From Azolla caroliniana (lineage: Eukaryota; Plantae; Polypodiophyta), in NCBI GenBank assembly GCA_043228905.1, contig JBHGNT010000001.1, positions 26,536,001-26,600,000 of the forward strand: a stretch of 64,000 nucleotides of DNA. The letters are read 5' to 3'. Positions 1 through 10,380 of this stretch are shown here, one piece after another. Made by a program: the position numbers and the translations under genes. Within the stretch, counting starts at the first letter, position 1; every line of letters starts with the position of its first letter. Under the pieces are notes generated by a model. It did no database searches, was not told the DNA's origin, and saw only the letters and a program-made list of their open reading frames with translations.

Positions 1-311
1 ATTCTAACTAACAACCCAAGGATCATACTAGTACGACAACTACAAATCTTCACTCTAGCAACTGACCTAACGTTGGATAGTTTATTAACAAAATTACATT
101 TGATAAGCTAAAAGGTTTATATAGATGCATATTGTGCTTCCTCAAAAGTATAAAGGCTTATCATCGTAAGAAAGATTTAGATCTTACCTCTGCTATTTGA
201 ACTAACAGTACAAGCAACATAAATAACAACCATTCCTTTTAAGATTCTAATATTTATTTTTATTTATGCACATTGTGGATTAGTACACTACTATCATAGG
301 AAAGTTTGAGA

Positions 312-394
312 TTCGACCTGTCGAATTCGAACCAACGACCTAAGGATCACAATAGGCCAACTACAATCCACTCTATCAACGGAGTTAAGCTCGG
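312..394 (-). pseudogene. tRNA-Tyr(GTA) pseudogene with 13-nt intron (348-360)
   Basis: The reverse complement reads CCGAGCTTAACTCCGTTGATAGAGTGGATTGTAG|TTGGCCTATTGTG|ATCCTTAGGTCGTTGGTTCGAATTCGACAGGTCGAA. It matches the plant tRNA-Tyr layout with many transitions and a small deletion. Confidence 0.85.
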
Positions 395-534
395 ATAGTT
401 GATCTATCAGTCATCATTATTTTATTAATAAGACGAGTATTACAGTTGTAATATTTATGTTTATTGATGCGTATTGTAAATTACTTTTAGGTTTTGAAAA
501 TGATAGTGGATTACCATAATATTAAAGCTTAACA

Positions 535-620
535 TCCATGTTGTTAGATTCAAACCAACGACCTAAGTATCACAATAAGTTATGTACAGTCCTCCGCTCT
601 ACCAATTGAGGTAAGGGTAG
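535..620 (-). pseudogene. tRNA-Tyr(GTA) pseudogene with intron
   Basis: Retains tacagtcctccgctctaccaattgag (D and anticodon arms, antisense) and aaccaacgacctaag; acceptor stem decayed. Confidence 0.75.
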
Positions 621-866
621 ATGATTGATCTAATTACATTTAATTATATAAAATTAATTTATCTACATGTATATTGTGTATCCTCAAAAGAAGGATTCAT
701 TAGCATGGTATGAATGTTTGATATCTAACCTCTCCGATTTAAACTAATGAGCCCAACACCACAATAGTTTAACTATAGTTCTCCAATCTATTAACGGAGC
801 TAAAAGGCATATATTGTATGGACTCTGCAAAAGAATATTGCCTTACCATGGATTGAACGCTTGAGA

Positions 867-956
867 TTTGACCTCTCGAATTCTAACTAACAGTCTACCT
901 AAAGATCATAGTAGGACAACTACAAATCTTTGCTCTAGCAACTGACCTAAGGTTGG
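867..956 (-). pseudogene. Strongly decayed tRNA-Tyr pseudogene
   Basis: gacctctcgaattc...acctaaagat...ctaca...gctctagcaactgacctaaggttgg; paralogous to 1-76. Confidence 0.6.
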
Positions 957-1180
957 AGAGTTTATTAACAAAATTACATTTGTTAATCGAAAAAGTTTAT
1001 ATAGATGCATATTGTGTTTCCTCAAAAGTATAATGTATGATGATCGTAAGAAAGCTTTAGATCTTACCTCTCATATTCGGACTAACGATACAAGCAACAT
1101 AAATAACAACCATTACTTTTAAGATTCTAATATTTATTTTTATTTATGCACATTGTGGATCTAGATATGAAAGCTTGAGA

Positions 1181-1266
1181 TACTACCTATCGGATTCAAA
1201 ACAACGACCTAAGGATCACAATAGGCTAACTACAATTCTCCGCTTTACTATTTGAGCTAAGGTTGG
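1181..1266 (-). pseudogene. tRNA-Tyr(GTA) pseudogene with intron
   Basis: cggattcaaaacaacgacctaaggat-cacaataggctaa-ctacaattctccgctttactatttgagctaaggttgg; higher-order copy of 312-394. Confidence 0.8.
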
Positions 1267-1532
1267 ATAGTTGATATACAAAATTACTTTATCAATAATA
1301 AGACTGTTAAAGTTCTAATATTCATGTTTGTTTATGCATATTGTGGTGTCCCTTTCATGCGAGTGCATGCCTTTTATCACACGACCCTTTTAGCACACCC
1401 TGTGCCCTTTTGGGACGCGTGTAGATAGGCCGGCCCAAATTGGGTACATTTTTATCTTCTATAAATTGAAATTTGATAAGGAAGAAGCTAGGCAAGTTGG
1501 TTTGGTTTCCTTTTATGTGTGTTTTACATCAT

Positions 1533-1550
1533 TGGTTGAGAATCGGGGTA
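1533..1550 (+). promoter_or_regulatory. Degenerate primer-binding site of element A, best fit tRNA-Ala
   Basis: tggttgagaatcggggta versus recalled plant tRNA-Ala complement tggtggagatgcggggta (15/18), 1 nt after the putative LTR end CA. Confidence 0.5.
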
Positions 1551-2470
1551 AAATTTTAGCCATTACCACCTCGTTCATGGCATCCTAATTCCCTCTCGTC
1601 GCCTCAAACATTGATAGCCAGATGGAGCCCGAGTTCTCGCAACCTCACAAAAAACCACACCCTTTCCAAATCGAGGAGCTCCTCCAACTCTTCTCCAACG
1701 CCATGCTTCAAATCAACCACACAAATCAAGCTATGCTCTGCTTCACTTTGAGATGATCTCCAGTTACCATCGATGGTCTGACGAGTGCAAAGCTTTGGAA
1801 GTTCGTACCCTGCTCGAAAATGTCGCTACTGTGAAAGTGTTTTTAGAATTCAAGGTATTGAAGTCTACAAAAATATAAGGTATGGAGAATTCACACCCGA
1901 AGGGCAAGATCACGAGCTAAGGTCTTGAGGATAAGTCAAACAAAAAGCAAGTCACGTGGAGAAAAGTAAAAGAAGAAAAAAGCGGGCACCAAAATGCAGT
2001 CTACAACGAACGCTCATAACTCATTCGTTTGGAAGCCAAATATAATGTGTAAATATGGTTTGGAAAGCTTATGACGAGAGCTATCCGTAGCTTTTTAAAA
2101 CTCTAAATTTGGAGCATGGATGAGGGAGATATGATGATTAGAAGATCGTTGTATCATAGCTAAGAATAGGAGATGGAAAAGCTCTAAAAAAAGCGTGGAA
2201 AAGAAAGCAAGCGAAACTTATCTACTAGAGGAGAACTTCATATAAAGCAAGAAGAGTGAGGTGGTGAAGAGAGTTTTTTTCTTGTGGTGTTTTTCTTGCC
2301 TATTCATGTAGTGTGTTTTTCTAGTGATCAATTCATCTTTATAGGCTTGAGTTTATGTATCTTCTTTCTCTTGTTTCTATGATCATCACTCCTTATTAAT
2401 ATATCTTTGTAGATTTGGGTTTCTATATCTTCCTTCTCTCTCTTTTCTATCATCATCTCTCTTTTCATTT

Positions 2471-2491
2471 TGGCGCTCCAGGGAGGGTCGA
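2471..2491 (+). promoter_or_regulatory. Primer-binding site, tRNA-Asn-like
   Basis: tggcgctccagggagggtcga, 3 nt after the LTR end; resembles the complement of the plant tRNA-Asn 3' end (tggcgctagaaggaggggtcga). Confidence 0.6.
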
Positions 2492-2563
2492 CCCTTTCCG
2501 TATAACGGGAGGAACGGTTGTCCACTAATTGATGGTTGTATCTACCGATTCATCATCAAACTA

Positions 2564-4237
2564 ATGGCAAGATATGGAATTCGCGATGCGACAGATCTAC
2601 GAAGAGAACTTTTCCAATTGCGTATGGTTTCACCAATGTGCTACCTCGAGTATGAGAAGACGTTTTTGGATATATGGTCCACTTGGATTGGACTTGTTGG
2701 AGGCGTTGAAGATGTATACTTCAAGATGGAAAGATTCAAAGCAGGGCTAGATCCATATTTTCAATATGAAGTGCATATGAAGTACCCAAGGTCTTTCCAT
2801 GATTTGATTCGAGTATGTCAAAGTTATGATCAACAATTGAAGAAGTTGTTATTCGGTGAAGCATATGGATTATCGGCGTCATATACCATAAATCCAAGCT
2901 ATAATAATTGTGGATCGGTCATGAGCCAACAACCAGCCTACTTGCAATGTCCGATTCAACAGGTTCCCTCATATCATTATTCTAATTTTTGGAGTTATAA
3001 TGATGTCTATGAAGGTGATTCCAGAGACAATGAAGAAGAGGTGATGAATGTGGAGTTCCCCCATCTAGTTCATGAGGACAACCATGATATAAAGAATGAT
3101 GATGTGAAAGACGAATCTAAGGAGATTGTTATGAGAAGCGATGTTATGGATGGTGATGCCAATGTACATCATGTTGAGGACATTATTGATACAACAAGCG
3201 ATATGGTGGTTGATGATGAATATGTGCGAGATGAAATGGAAGATATGACAAAAGAAGTTGTTGATGGTGAAGTACCCACAACGAAGTTGCAAGATGAAGA
3301 AGGTAACCTAGAAGTGATAGCTGGAGATTGGCTTTTGGAGATCAATGCGTGTAAGGAAGCATTGGTAAGTGCCAAGTTGCAGTGTATGAAGGTGTTCGTG
3401 CAAGATTTGTGTTTTGGATTTGCATTGAGTGGCAACAAAGTTATGTGGGCATCAACTCTTCAACAACAATTTGACCAAGAGCCAAGAGATTTACTTGTAA
3501 TGCATGATTGGAGTATCATTAACTTATCACCATCAAAGGATCCACCACAACTAATCAAATGTATAAAGGAGAAGGAATCATCTATCGATAATGGCAATCA
3601 AGAAGAGGAAAGCATAACAATTGATGAATCTTCATGGGATAGGGAAAACAAATCATTCCACATGGTGTCTAAGGAGGAAGAAGAAGTCATTGAAGAGAAA
3701 AGTATTATCACCCTAAAGGGGAAAAAGAAGATGATTTCAAACGATGTCCAAGGAGAAGAGGATCTAAGGTTTATTTCTCTTTTTTTTAAGTTTACAAAGT
3801 TATTCATAAATGACTATTCACAGATAAGAGTAGAAGGCATCAAACACCACATCAAGTTGGAGAATTTGAAGTTTGTCTCACTTATTGTGGTTGTTCCAAA
3901 GGAGAAAGACGTCAACTTCCAATCCTTGAATGATTCAACCAAACGAGATTTATTTTTGCTTCCTTTTCGAGATGAGATTCTAGATGAAATGGTCATACAT
4001 AAAAAACAAGGTAATGTGGAGAATGTGGTGTGCCAAGAAGAAAGTCATGTTGATGAAGCAAAGATTGACATAATTCAAAATATGACAATTCTGACAAGTC
4101 TCGAAGCTTTGAAGGTATTTGTACAAAAGGTTCGCTCGCTCGAAAGATTTATTCATATGTTAACATGCTTACTTCTATCAAGAGTTATGTATCACATAGA
4201 CCTACTTCTGTTTGGAAAGTTGATGAAGATATACTAA
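2564..4237 (+). CDS. 557-aa Gag-related protein: capsid-like N-terminus plus long acidic tail
   Basis: Uninterrupted ORF. The N-terminal ELFQLRM..YLEYEKTF..KMERFKAGLDPYFQYEV..PRSFHDLI resembles the retrotransposon Gag capsid C-terminal domain. No CCHC, PR, RT or IN motifs. Confidence 0.75.
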   Translation: MARYGIRDATDLRRELFQLRMVSPMCYLEYEKTFLDIWSTWIGLVGGVEDVYFKMERFKAGLDPYFQYEVHMKYPRSFHDLIRVCQSYDQQLKKLLFGEAYGLSASYTINPSYNNCGSVMSQQPAYLQCPIQQVPSYHYSNFWSYNDVYEGDSRDNEEEVMNVEFPHLVHEDNHDIKNDDVKDESKEIVMRSDVMDGDANVHHVEDIIDTTSDMVVDDEYVRDEMEDMTKEVVDGEVPTTKLQDEEGNLEVIAGDWLLEINACKEALVSAKLQCMKVFVQDLCFGFALSGNKVMWASTLQQQFDQEPRDLLVMHDWSIINLSPSKDPPQLIKCIKEKESSIDNGNQEEESITIDESSWDRENKSFHMVSKEEEEVIEEKSIITLKGKKKMISNDVQGEEDLRFISLFFKFTKLFINDYSQIRVEGIKHHIKLENLKFVSLIVVVPKEKDVNFQSLNDSTKRDLFLLPFRDEILDEMVIHKKQGNVENVVCQEESHVDEAKIDIIQNMTILTSLEALKVFVQKVRSLERFIHMLTCLLLSRVMYHIDLLLFGKLMKIY

Positions 4238-5138
4238 TTGTTGTAACCTCTTTCTTTGTGTTGACAAGGAGAAAGATGGTGATGGCAATTGTCAATGTGT
4301 ATGTGTGTGTGTTTAGAAGTGTGAGGTTTTTCCTATCGACTAGCGGGGGTTTTACTCACATAGTTTGTTTCTTTTCTATTTATTTTCTCCTTCTTTGTCT
4401 ATAGCCATGAATAAGGCGAAGGAGAACCTTTAGTTTTATTAGTAGCTTAGGGTTCACCATAAATGGTTCACCAAAAAGCAAGGGGGAGGGCTAAATGTGA
4501 AAGTGTTTTTAGAATTCAAGGTATTGAAGTCTACAAAAATATAAGGTATGGAGAATTCACACCCGAAGGGCAAGATCACGAGCTAAGGTCTTGAGGATAA
4601 GTCAAACAAAAAGCAAGTCACGTGGAGAAAAGTAAAAGAAGAAAAAAGCGGGCACCAAAATGCAGTCTACAACGAACGCTCATAACTCATTCGTTTGGAA
4701 GCCAAATATAATGTGTAAATATGGTTTGGAAAGCTTATGACGAGAGCTATCCGTAGCTTTTTAAAACTCTAAATTTGGAGCATGGATGAGGGAGATATGA
4801 TGATTAGAAGATCGTTGTATCATAGCTAAGAATAGGAGATGGAAAAGCTCTAAAAAAAGCGTGGAAAAGAAAGCAAGCGAAACTTATCTACTAGAGGAGA
4901 ACTTCATATAAAGCAAGAAGAGTGAGGTGGTGAGGAGAGTTTTTTTCTTGTGGTGTTTTTCTTGCCTATTCATGTAGTGTGTTTTTCTAGTGATCAATTC
5001 ATCTTTATAGGCTTGAGTTTATGTATCTTCTTTCTCTTGTTTCTATGATCATCACTCCTTATTAATATATCTTTGTAGATTTGGGTTTCTATATCTTCCT
5101 TCTCTCTCTTTTCTATCATCATCTCTCTTTTCAGCTGC

Positions 5139-8100
5139 CACCTAGTATGTCCAACAATCAAGCGACGTGACAGAGAACTGGGTGATCCTCCGGGATCTCC
5201 TCATGCAAAACTTTGCCCATCAAAATTCGGCCCAAATGGAGTTACAACAACTCGAAACATTGCAGCAGCAAGCACATGAACCCGTGGGCCAATTTTGTGT
5301 TCGCCTCAATCAACTCCTTGTTCGTGCCAACCCTACCATGCCTGAGCATGTCAAGCTTTTCTATTTATGGCCCTGTTTGCGCCATGACATCACTCGTCAC
5401 GCTCGGGACCAAGGTCCCACGACATTCAACGACGCCATCCTCATTGCCCAATGCATCGAAGCTTGTATGTTATCCGACTCCCACATTGTTGGCCCCATCC
5501 ATCATTGACCAACTTGCACGCCCAATACCAAGGCGCAGCCCCCATGGACATTAAAGTCCAAAACATGCAACTGCAGGCCCGCCGCAACCTTTCCAAACCA
5601 TGATGGCCAAGGGTGCCCGAAGTGTTTCTACTGCCACAATTATGGACACGTCCGACGTCACTGCTGGAAATTGCAACAACAGTATCACAAGCAACAAGTT
5701 CAGATAACTATGGTTGACGCAACATCATTGGCTAAGCTTCCGGGAAACTGAATTCTGGGGTGCTGATGGAAAAGTTGGCCCTCTACATCCAAGCATTCGC
5801 CTCTTCCAGTTCGTAGGTATGAACCATTCTCGCCACCATTAATCACTGCACCCACACCATCTTGTTAGACTTTGGTAGTAGTATCTCTTCCATTAACACC
5901 ACCTTTGTTCACCAGTTAGGTCTCCCCACATCCACTACTCCTTCCATCCAAGTCCTTTTTGGTGATCACCAACATCTTTACCACTCTTTCATGCAAGCCC
6001 ATTGCACCTTCACCTTAGGCACTCTCGCCTTCTCACACCACTTTTATGTCTTGCCCCACCAACTCTTCCCCCTCACCTTAGGTTTTGATTGGTTCCTCAA
6101 GCGTTGCGCTGTGACTAATTTCGATGCCCATAAACTTCTTGTCCCACATGCTCCCCCTATCCCCCTCCTACACGATAGCTCCCTTGTTCCCCCCTTAGCC
6201 AAGTTCTGGTGGCCCATAGTTCACAAGAGCGATTGGTCTCCATTGGCCAATTATTAGCTCGTTTTCCATCACTAAACCTCTAGCCCACACATGCCCCTAT
6301 TGTCTCTTTCCCAGTACAACATGCCATTTGTACCGGGGAAGCCACTCTAATCTGCATAGCTACCTGCTGACGTTCCCCCCTAGACCACGATCACATCGAT
6401 GTCGCCGTCACCAACATGCTCACTAAAGGTATTATCATTCCTTCCACCAGCGATTGGGTTTCGGAACCCCACCTCGTCAAGAAGGATGATGGCACCTTCT
6501 GCTTTTGCATCAACTTCAGGCCTCTCAACAAAGTGACTATCCATGACCTGTACCTGCTCCCTCGTGTGGACGACCTCTTGGATCAAATTGGTGGCTCATG
6601 TTATTTCACCTCCCTGGACTTAGCCTTGGGATATTGGCAGATCCCCCTAAAACCTTATGACGCCCACAAGACCGCATTCCGCACATGCCGCGAGCTATTC
6701 CAATTCACTTGCATGTCGTTCAGCCTATCGGATGCCGGCAGCACATTCCAACGCATGGAAAACTTCATCTTCGCCGCCCTTATCAGCACAGGTGTCCTCC
6801 TCGTTTATCTCAATGACATCCTTATCCACACGGCCACTTGGGAGGACCATCGACAAACTCTCGCCGAAGTCCTCGCTTGCATAACTAAGCATAACTTGCA
6901 ACTCCAATGGAAGAAGTGTCGATGGGGAAGCACCAGCCTCTGTTTTTTCAGCTTCATCATCTCTAGCGATGGAATCCATATGGACACTGCAAACATGGCA
7001 GCCATCACCAACTACCCCTACCCCACCTCCATAAAATCATTGCAACGTTGTTGTGTTGTTACGCTCTCGCGTAAGAAATTAAGGTGGGACCGCAAGGGCA
7101 TTGGACCAAGGAATACTCGAAACTGAGGGAGGAGCAAGGGGAAACAATGGGCTGGTGAGTACCGGCTACTGGCAAGTAGGTACATAGTGCTTACTGGGTG
7201 AACGATCCTCGACTCGTGCTTGCTGGCTCAACACTACCGCGACAACGTACGAAGAATGAACACTCTCGTCTGATTTCATGGCAACAATGGGCCAAGACAC
7301 ACACAAATACGCAGAGGACTCACAAACAAGGAATCGATTAAGACAACTAGGTGAATACAATGCTCTTCGAGGTTACAACCTGTGAGCCGGTGAGCGACCA
7401 CATGCAAACACCCACACACACAAAGCACGCAGTGGAGCCCCCGTCAAAGCGCACGGGCTTCTCCCTCGAGCTAAGGCAACTGACCAAAACCCGCAGAGCT
7501 CAACGAAGGAAAATGAGAAGAGTGCTCGGTTCCCACTCCGACAACACTTCGTCCTCCCAAAACCCGATACCCTTTCAACCTTTTCCCCTCTCTTTTTATA
7601 GGGCGTCGGGGACGGCCGTCACATCCTGGTTACATCATCTTTATTCTCTGTCCCTTCGGACAGAGATACGCATCAATTTCCTAGCTAATAAATGTGTACT
7701 ACCTAGTATATTTACATTAGCCTACTTATTCCTGATTATGTACAACTTATCAATACTTGTGCCCACACGTAAGGGCTGGTTCATGCACCTTTTACACTGA
7801 TTCCGCCTAAGGCCAATTTTCTCCATGACAACGTTTTTTGGGCATGATCACTTTTTCCCTTTGCTTCATCTAGACCTCGCCTTGGTCACTTTTCCCCTTT
7901 GCCAACTCTTGAAGAAAGGTGTTTCATTCATTTGGGATCCTGGTTGCGAAGATAGCCTTCATTGGCTCAAAACCATGGTCCAGGAATCGGGGTTGTTCGC
8001 CCATCCTAACTTTGACCAATCATTCACATTGCAGACAGACGCATCAAACCATGGGTTAGGAGCTGACCTATTGCAAGCCGATTGCCATGGGAAAGAAAAG

Positions 8101-8240
8101 GTTGTCGCCTTCATTAGCCGCACTCAACCCTCGGACCGCTTGTTGCGATGGACGTTAGCACTCTAAGATTATTAGTTTACCCTCTCCTATCGGAAAGGTG
8201 CAACCAATTTGGTCGTTGATAGTCTTTGTCACGCCGACTT
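5139..8240 (+). pseudogene. gag-pol remnants of element A (capsid, zinc knuckle, protease, RT, RNase H)
   Basis: ORFs 5167-5508, 5862-6257, 6416-7048 and 7835-8166 with stops and frameshifts. G GGA AAC TGA at 5742-5751 ends gag. Confidence 0.88.
7049..7830 (-). mobile_element. Solo LTR of the Trp-primed Gypsy family, TSD ACGT
   Basis: TG..CA ends; ends shared with other family LTRs; acgt at 7045-7048 and 7831-7834. Removing the insert plus 4 bp restores SLQRFLGMI of the host RT. Confidence 0.9.
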
Positions 8241-8298
8241 CCAAGCTGTACAATTTCTCCCTGAGACATCCGATCTTCCGCTACCATTGCCACAACTC

Positions 8299-9482
8299 GC
8301 TAAATGCCTAGGCATCATCCTTATTGGTTGTTACAACCATTGCCGACTCCGAGCAAGCCATGACAGTCAATTACTATGGATTTCATTACAGATCTACCAC
8401 CTTCACAATGTTTTGATGCTATTTTAACCGTAGTGGATCGGTCTTCCAAGATGACACATTTTCTACCTTGCATAAAAAGCATCAGTAGTCAAGAAACAAC
8501 AGATATCATTATGCATGAAGTATTTCGCCATCATGGTCTTCCAAACAACATAATTAGTGATCTTGGACTGCAATTTATCTCTCACTTTTGGAAGCACCTA
8601 TGTGACGGGCTCCGAATCTCTTGCAAACTCTCTTCAGCATATCATCCCGAAAGTGATGGCCAAATAGAGCGCACAAATCAAACACTTGAGCAGTATCTTT
8701 GATGTTTCATCAGTTATCAACAATATAATTGGTGTCATATATTGCATCTTGAAGAGTTTGCATACAATAACACCATACACTCTTCTACCAAGGTCACACC
8801 TTTCTATGCCTATACTGGCAACCATCCTCAATGGTGTCTCTTGGACATTCTAGTGATCTCACCAAACCCTAGTGCAGAGCAACATCTCCACCGACTACAA
8901 CACCTTCAGTCTGAGTTGTCTTCTCATCTTCAAAAAGGTCAAGCCCAACATAAGGCCCATGCAGATCGACATCGTCTTTAGTCTCCATTCAAGGTTGGTG
9001 ATCAGGTATGGTTGGTACGCCGTCACATAAAGACTAATCGACCGTGTGATAAACTAGATTATAAACGCTTGGGTCCTTTTGTCATCACGAAGCGGATTAA
9101 TGATGCAACATTCCGTCTTGATCTTCCTGCAGGTTTGCAGCTTCATCCAGTCTTTCACAACTCTCTTTTGGAGCCTTACCACACCAACTCGATTCCCAAT
9201 CGTATCGTGTTGCAATCGCCTCTTCTCCAACTTTCTGATGGCCCAGAGTATGAGGTAGCCTCCATTCTAATTCAAAGATTGTGCGCAATAAGTTGTATTA
9301 TCTAGTTGATTGGCTAGGCCATACTCTGAGCAATCACACATGGGAACCTGTCGATAATGTTTGTAATGCTCAAGCTATTATTGACGACTTCCATTGTTGG
9401 TATCCCAACAAACCCGGCCCTGCATTGTTAACAACTCTTTCCACTCGTCATTTTAAGAGGAGGGATAGTGTCATGAATCCGT
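8299..9482 (+). mobile_element. 3' fragment of a Tcn1-like chromovirus: integrase, chromodomain, PPT, first 14 bp of 3' LTR
   Basis: MDFITDLP..SDGQIERTNQTLEQYL integrase; GPF motif; chromodomain EYEV..YLVDWLG..TWEP; PPT aagaggagggatag. LTR start tgtcatgaatccgt (9469) is identical to 55681, and 8300-8610 is highly similar to 63693-64000. Confidence 0.9.
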
Positions 9483-9797
9483 TGTCGAGGAAATCCTCGC
9501 AGATGTGTAGAAGTTGGGCAGGACCACGGGGGTCTTGAACCAAGGAATCAAGAAGTGAGGAGGAAGAGTATGTGGTTTAAGTGAGCCTTGAGACCGCGGT
9601 TTAAACAGAAAAGATTTAGCCAAACGAGAGAGATAGTGTAAGAGGGTCGTGCGTAGACACAGGCGCAGACAGATATGCTAAGAATAACTTGTGTTAGGTG
9701 GATAAGTTGTGTAGCGTTGTGGGTGGTTACAATCGGATTAGTGTTGGGATTTCGGTCCCTCCGAATGGGATGTCCGGAGATGAATGACGGCAATCCC

Positions 9798-9889
9798 GGT
9801 TACGGTTACGGTTACGGTTACGGTTACGGTTACGGTCCCGGCTACGGAGCCGGATGATGAAGACCCCGGCTACGGAGCCGGATGATGAA
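9798..9889 (+). repeat. (GGTTAC)6 microsatellite plus 27-bp tandem pair in Copia U3; (GGTTAC)9 in the 3' LTR at 14521-14574
   Basis: Directly visible repeats. Confidence 0.95.
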
Positions 9890-10380
9890 TGTACCCGGAG
9901 CGAGATCCGGATGCGGGGACATATTTGTGAATATGTTTGCCAAGGGCCCTTGAGGCTATATTTGTAAATAGCCCGAAAGTCATATGTGTATAAATATGAC
10001 TTAGGGCAAACAGGTTTATGTTGTTGCTCATTTTATGTTTTCAGCCGAGAGAGCGAAGTGAGAGCAGCCGAGAGAGAGAGAGAGAGGAAGAGGTCGACGC
10101 CTCTGTGCATTACCGCCACCTGTGGCGAAGACAGTGAGCTCAAGGTTGTTGCCTTGTAGCTTCACCATTGTACATCTCTGTGTATAGTGATAGTTGGAGT
10201 TTGAGGACTCCCGTGGTTTTTCCCATTTAGGGTTTTCCACGTAAAACACCCTGTGTACTCTTCTCTCCATTGTCTTCGTACATTTTATATTTCTTGTTTT
10301 CTGTGAGTTGATCCTATTCCTCGGTTGTGGCTGAGCACTGTGTGCAACAAACTGGTATCAGAGCGACGGTAACACAGAAA

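Larger units (their letters stand above)
1..1341 (-). repeat. Degenerate tandem satellite derived from intron-containing tRNA-Tyr genes; monomers ~120-220 bp, higher-order unit ~880 bp (5 monomers)
   Basis: Recurrent gacc..gaaccaacgacctaaggat-[13 nt]-ctaca..ctct(a/c)..gagctaag is the reverse complement of plant tRNA-Tyr. Monomer starts are near 182, 312, 535, 724, 867, 1062 and 1181. Bases 1-280 are repeated at about 880-1160. Confidence 0.85.
1830..5133 (+). mobile_element. Non-autonomous gag-only LTR retrotransposon (TR-GAG-like), 3304 bp, inserted in gag of element A
   Basis: 638-bp LTRs 1830-2467 and 4496-5133 (TG..CA, one mismatch seen). PBS 2471-2491; PPT aagggggaggg 4480-4490; TSD gctac/gctgc. 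Single long ORF with no pol motifs. Confidence 0.93.
1342..8298 (+). mobile_element. Element A: decayed Ty3/Gypsy retrotransposon (5' LTR, gag, PR, RT, RNase H), 3'-truncated, with two nested insertions
   Basis: Probable short LTR 1342-1531 (TG..CA, TATA ~1460) and PBS-like 1533-1550. gag runs from ATG 1622 and resumes at 5139, with CCHC CFYCHNYGHVRRHC ~5623-5664. PR LLDFGSS ~5860; RT 6416-7048 (YLND); RH LQTDAS ~8030. Confidence 0.85.

Noticed and set aside
1-1341. Possible CRISPR array or functional tRNA cluster
   Set aside because: Repeats and spacers are both homologous and degenerate, there are no cas genes and the context is eukaryotic. The tRNA stems are broken, so none is called functional.
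9675-9857. 60-aa ORF with GYGYGY repeat; telomere-like (GGTTAC)n
   Set aside because: It is a translation of an LTR microsatellite across an insertion junction. The repeat is internal to both LTRs and is not the plant TTTAGGG.
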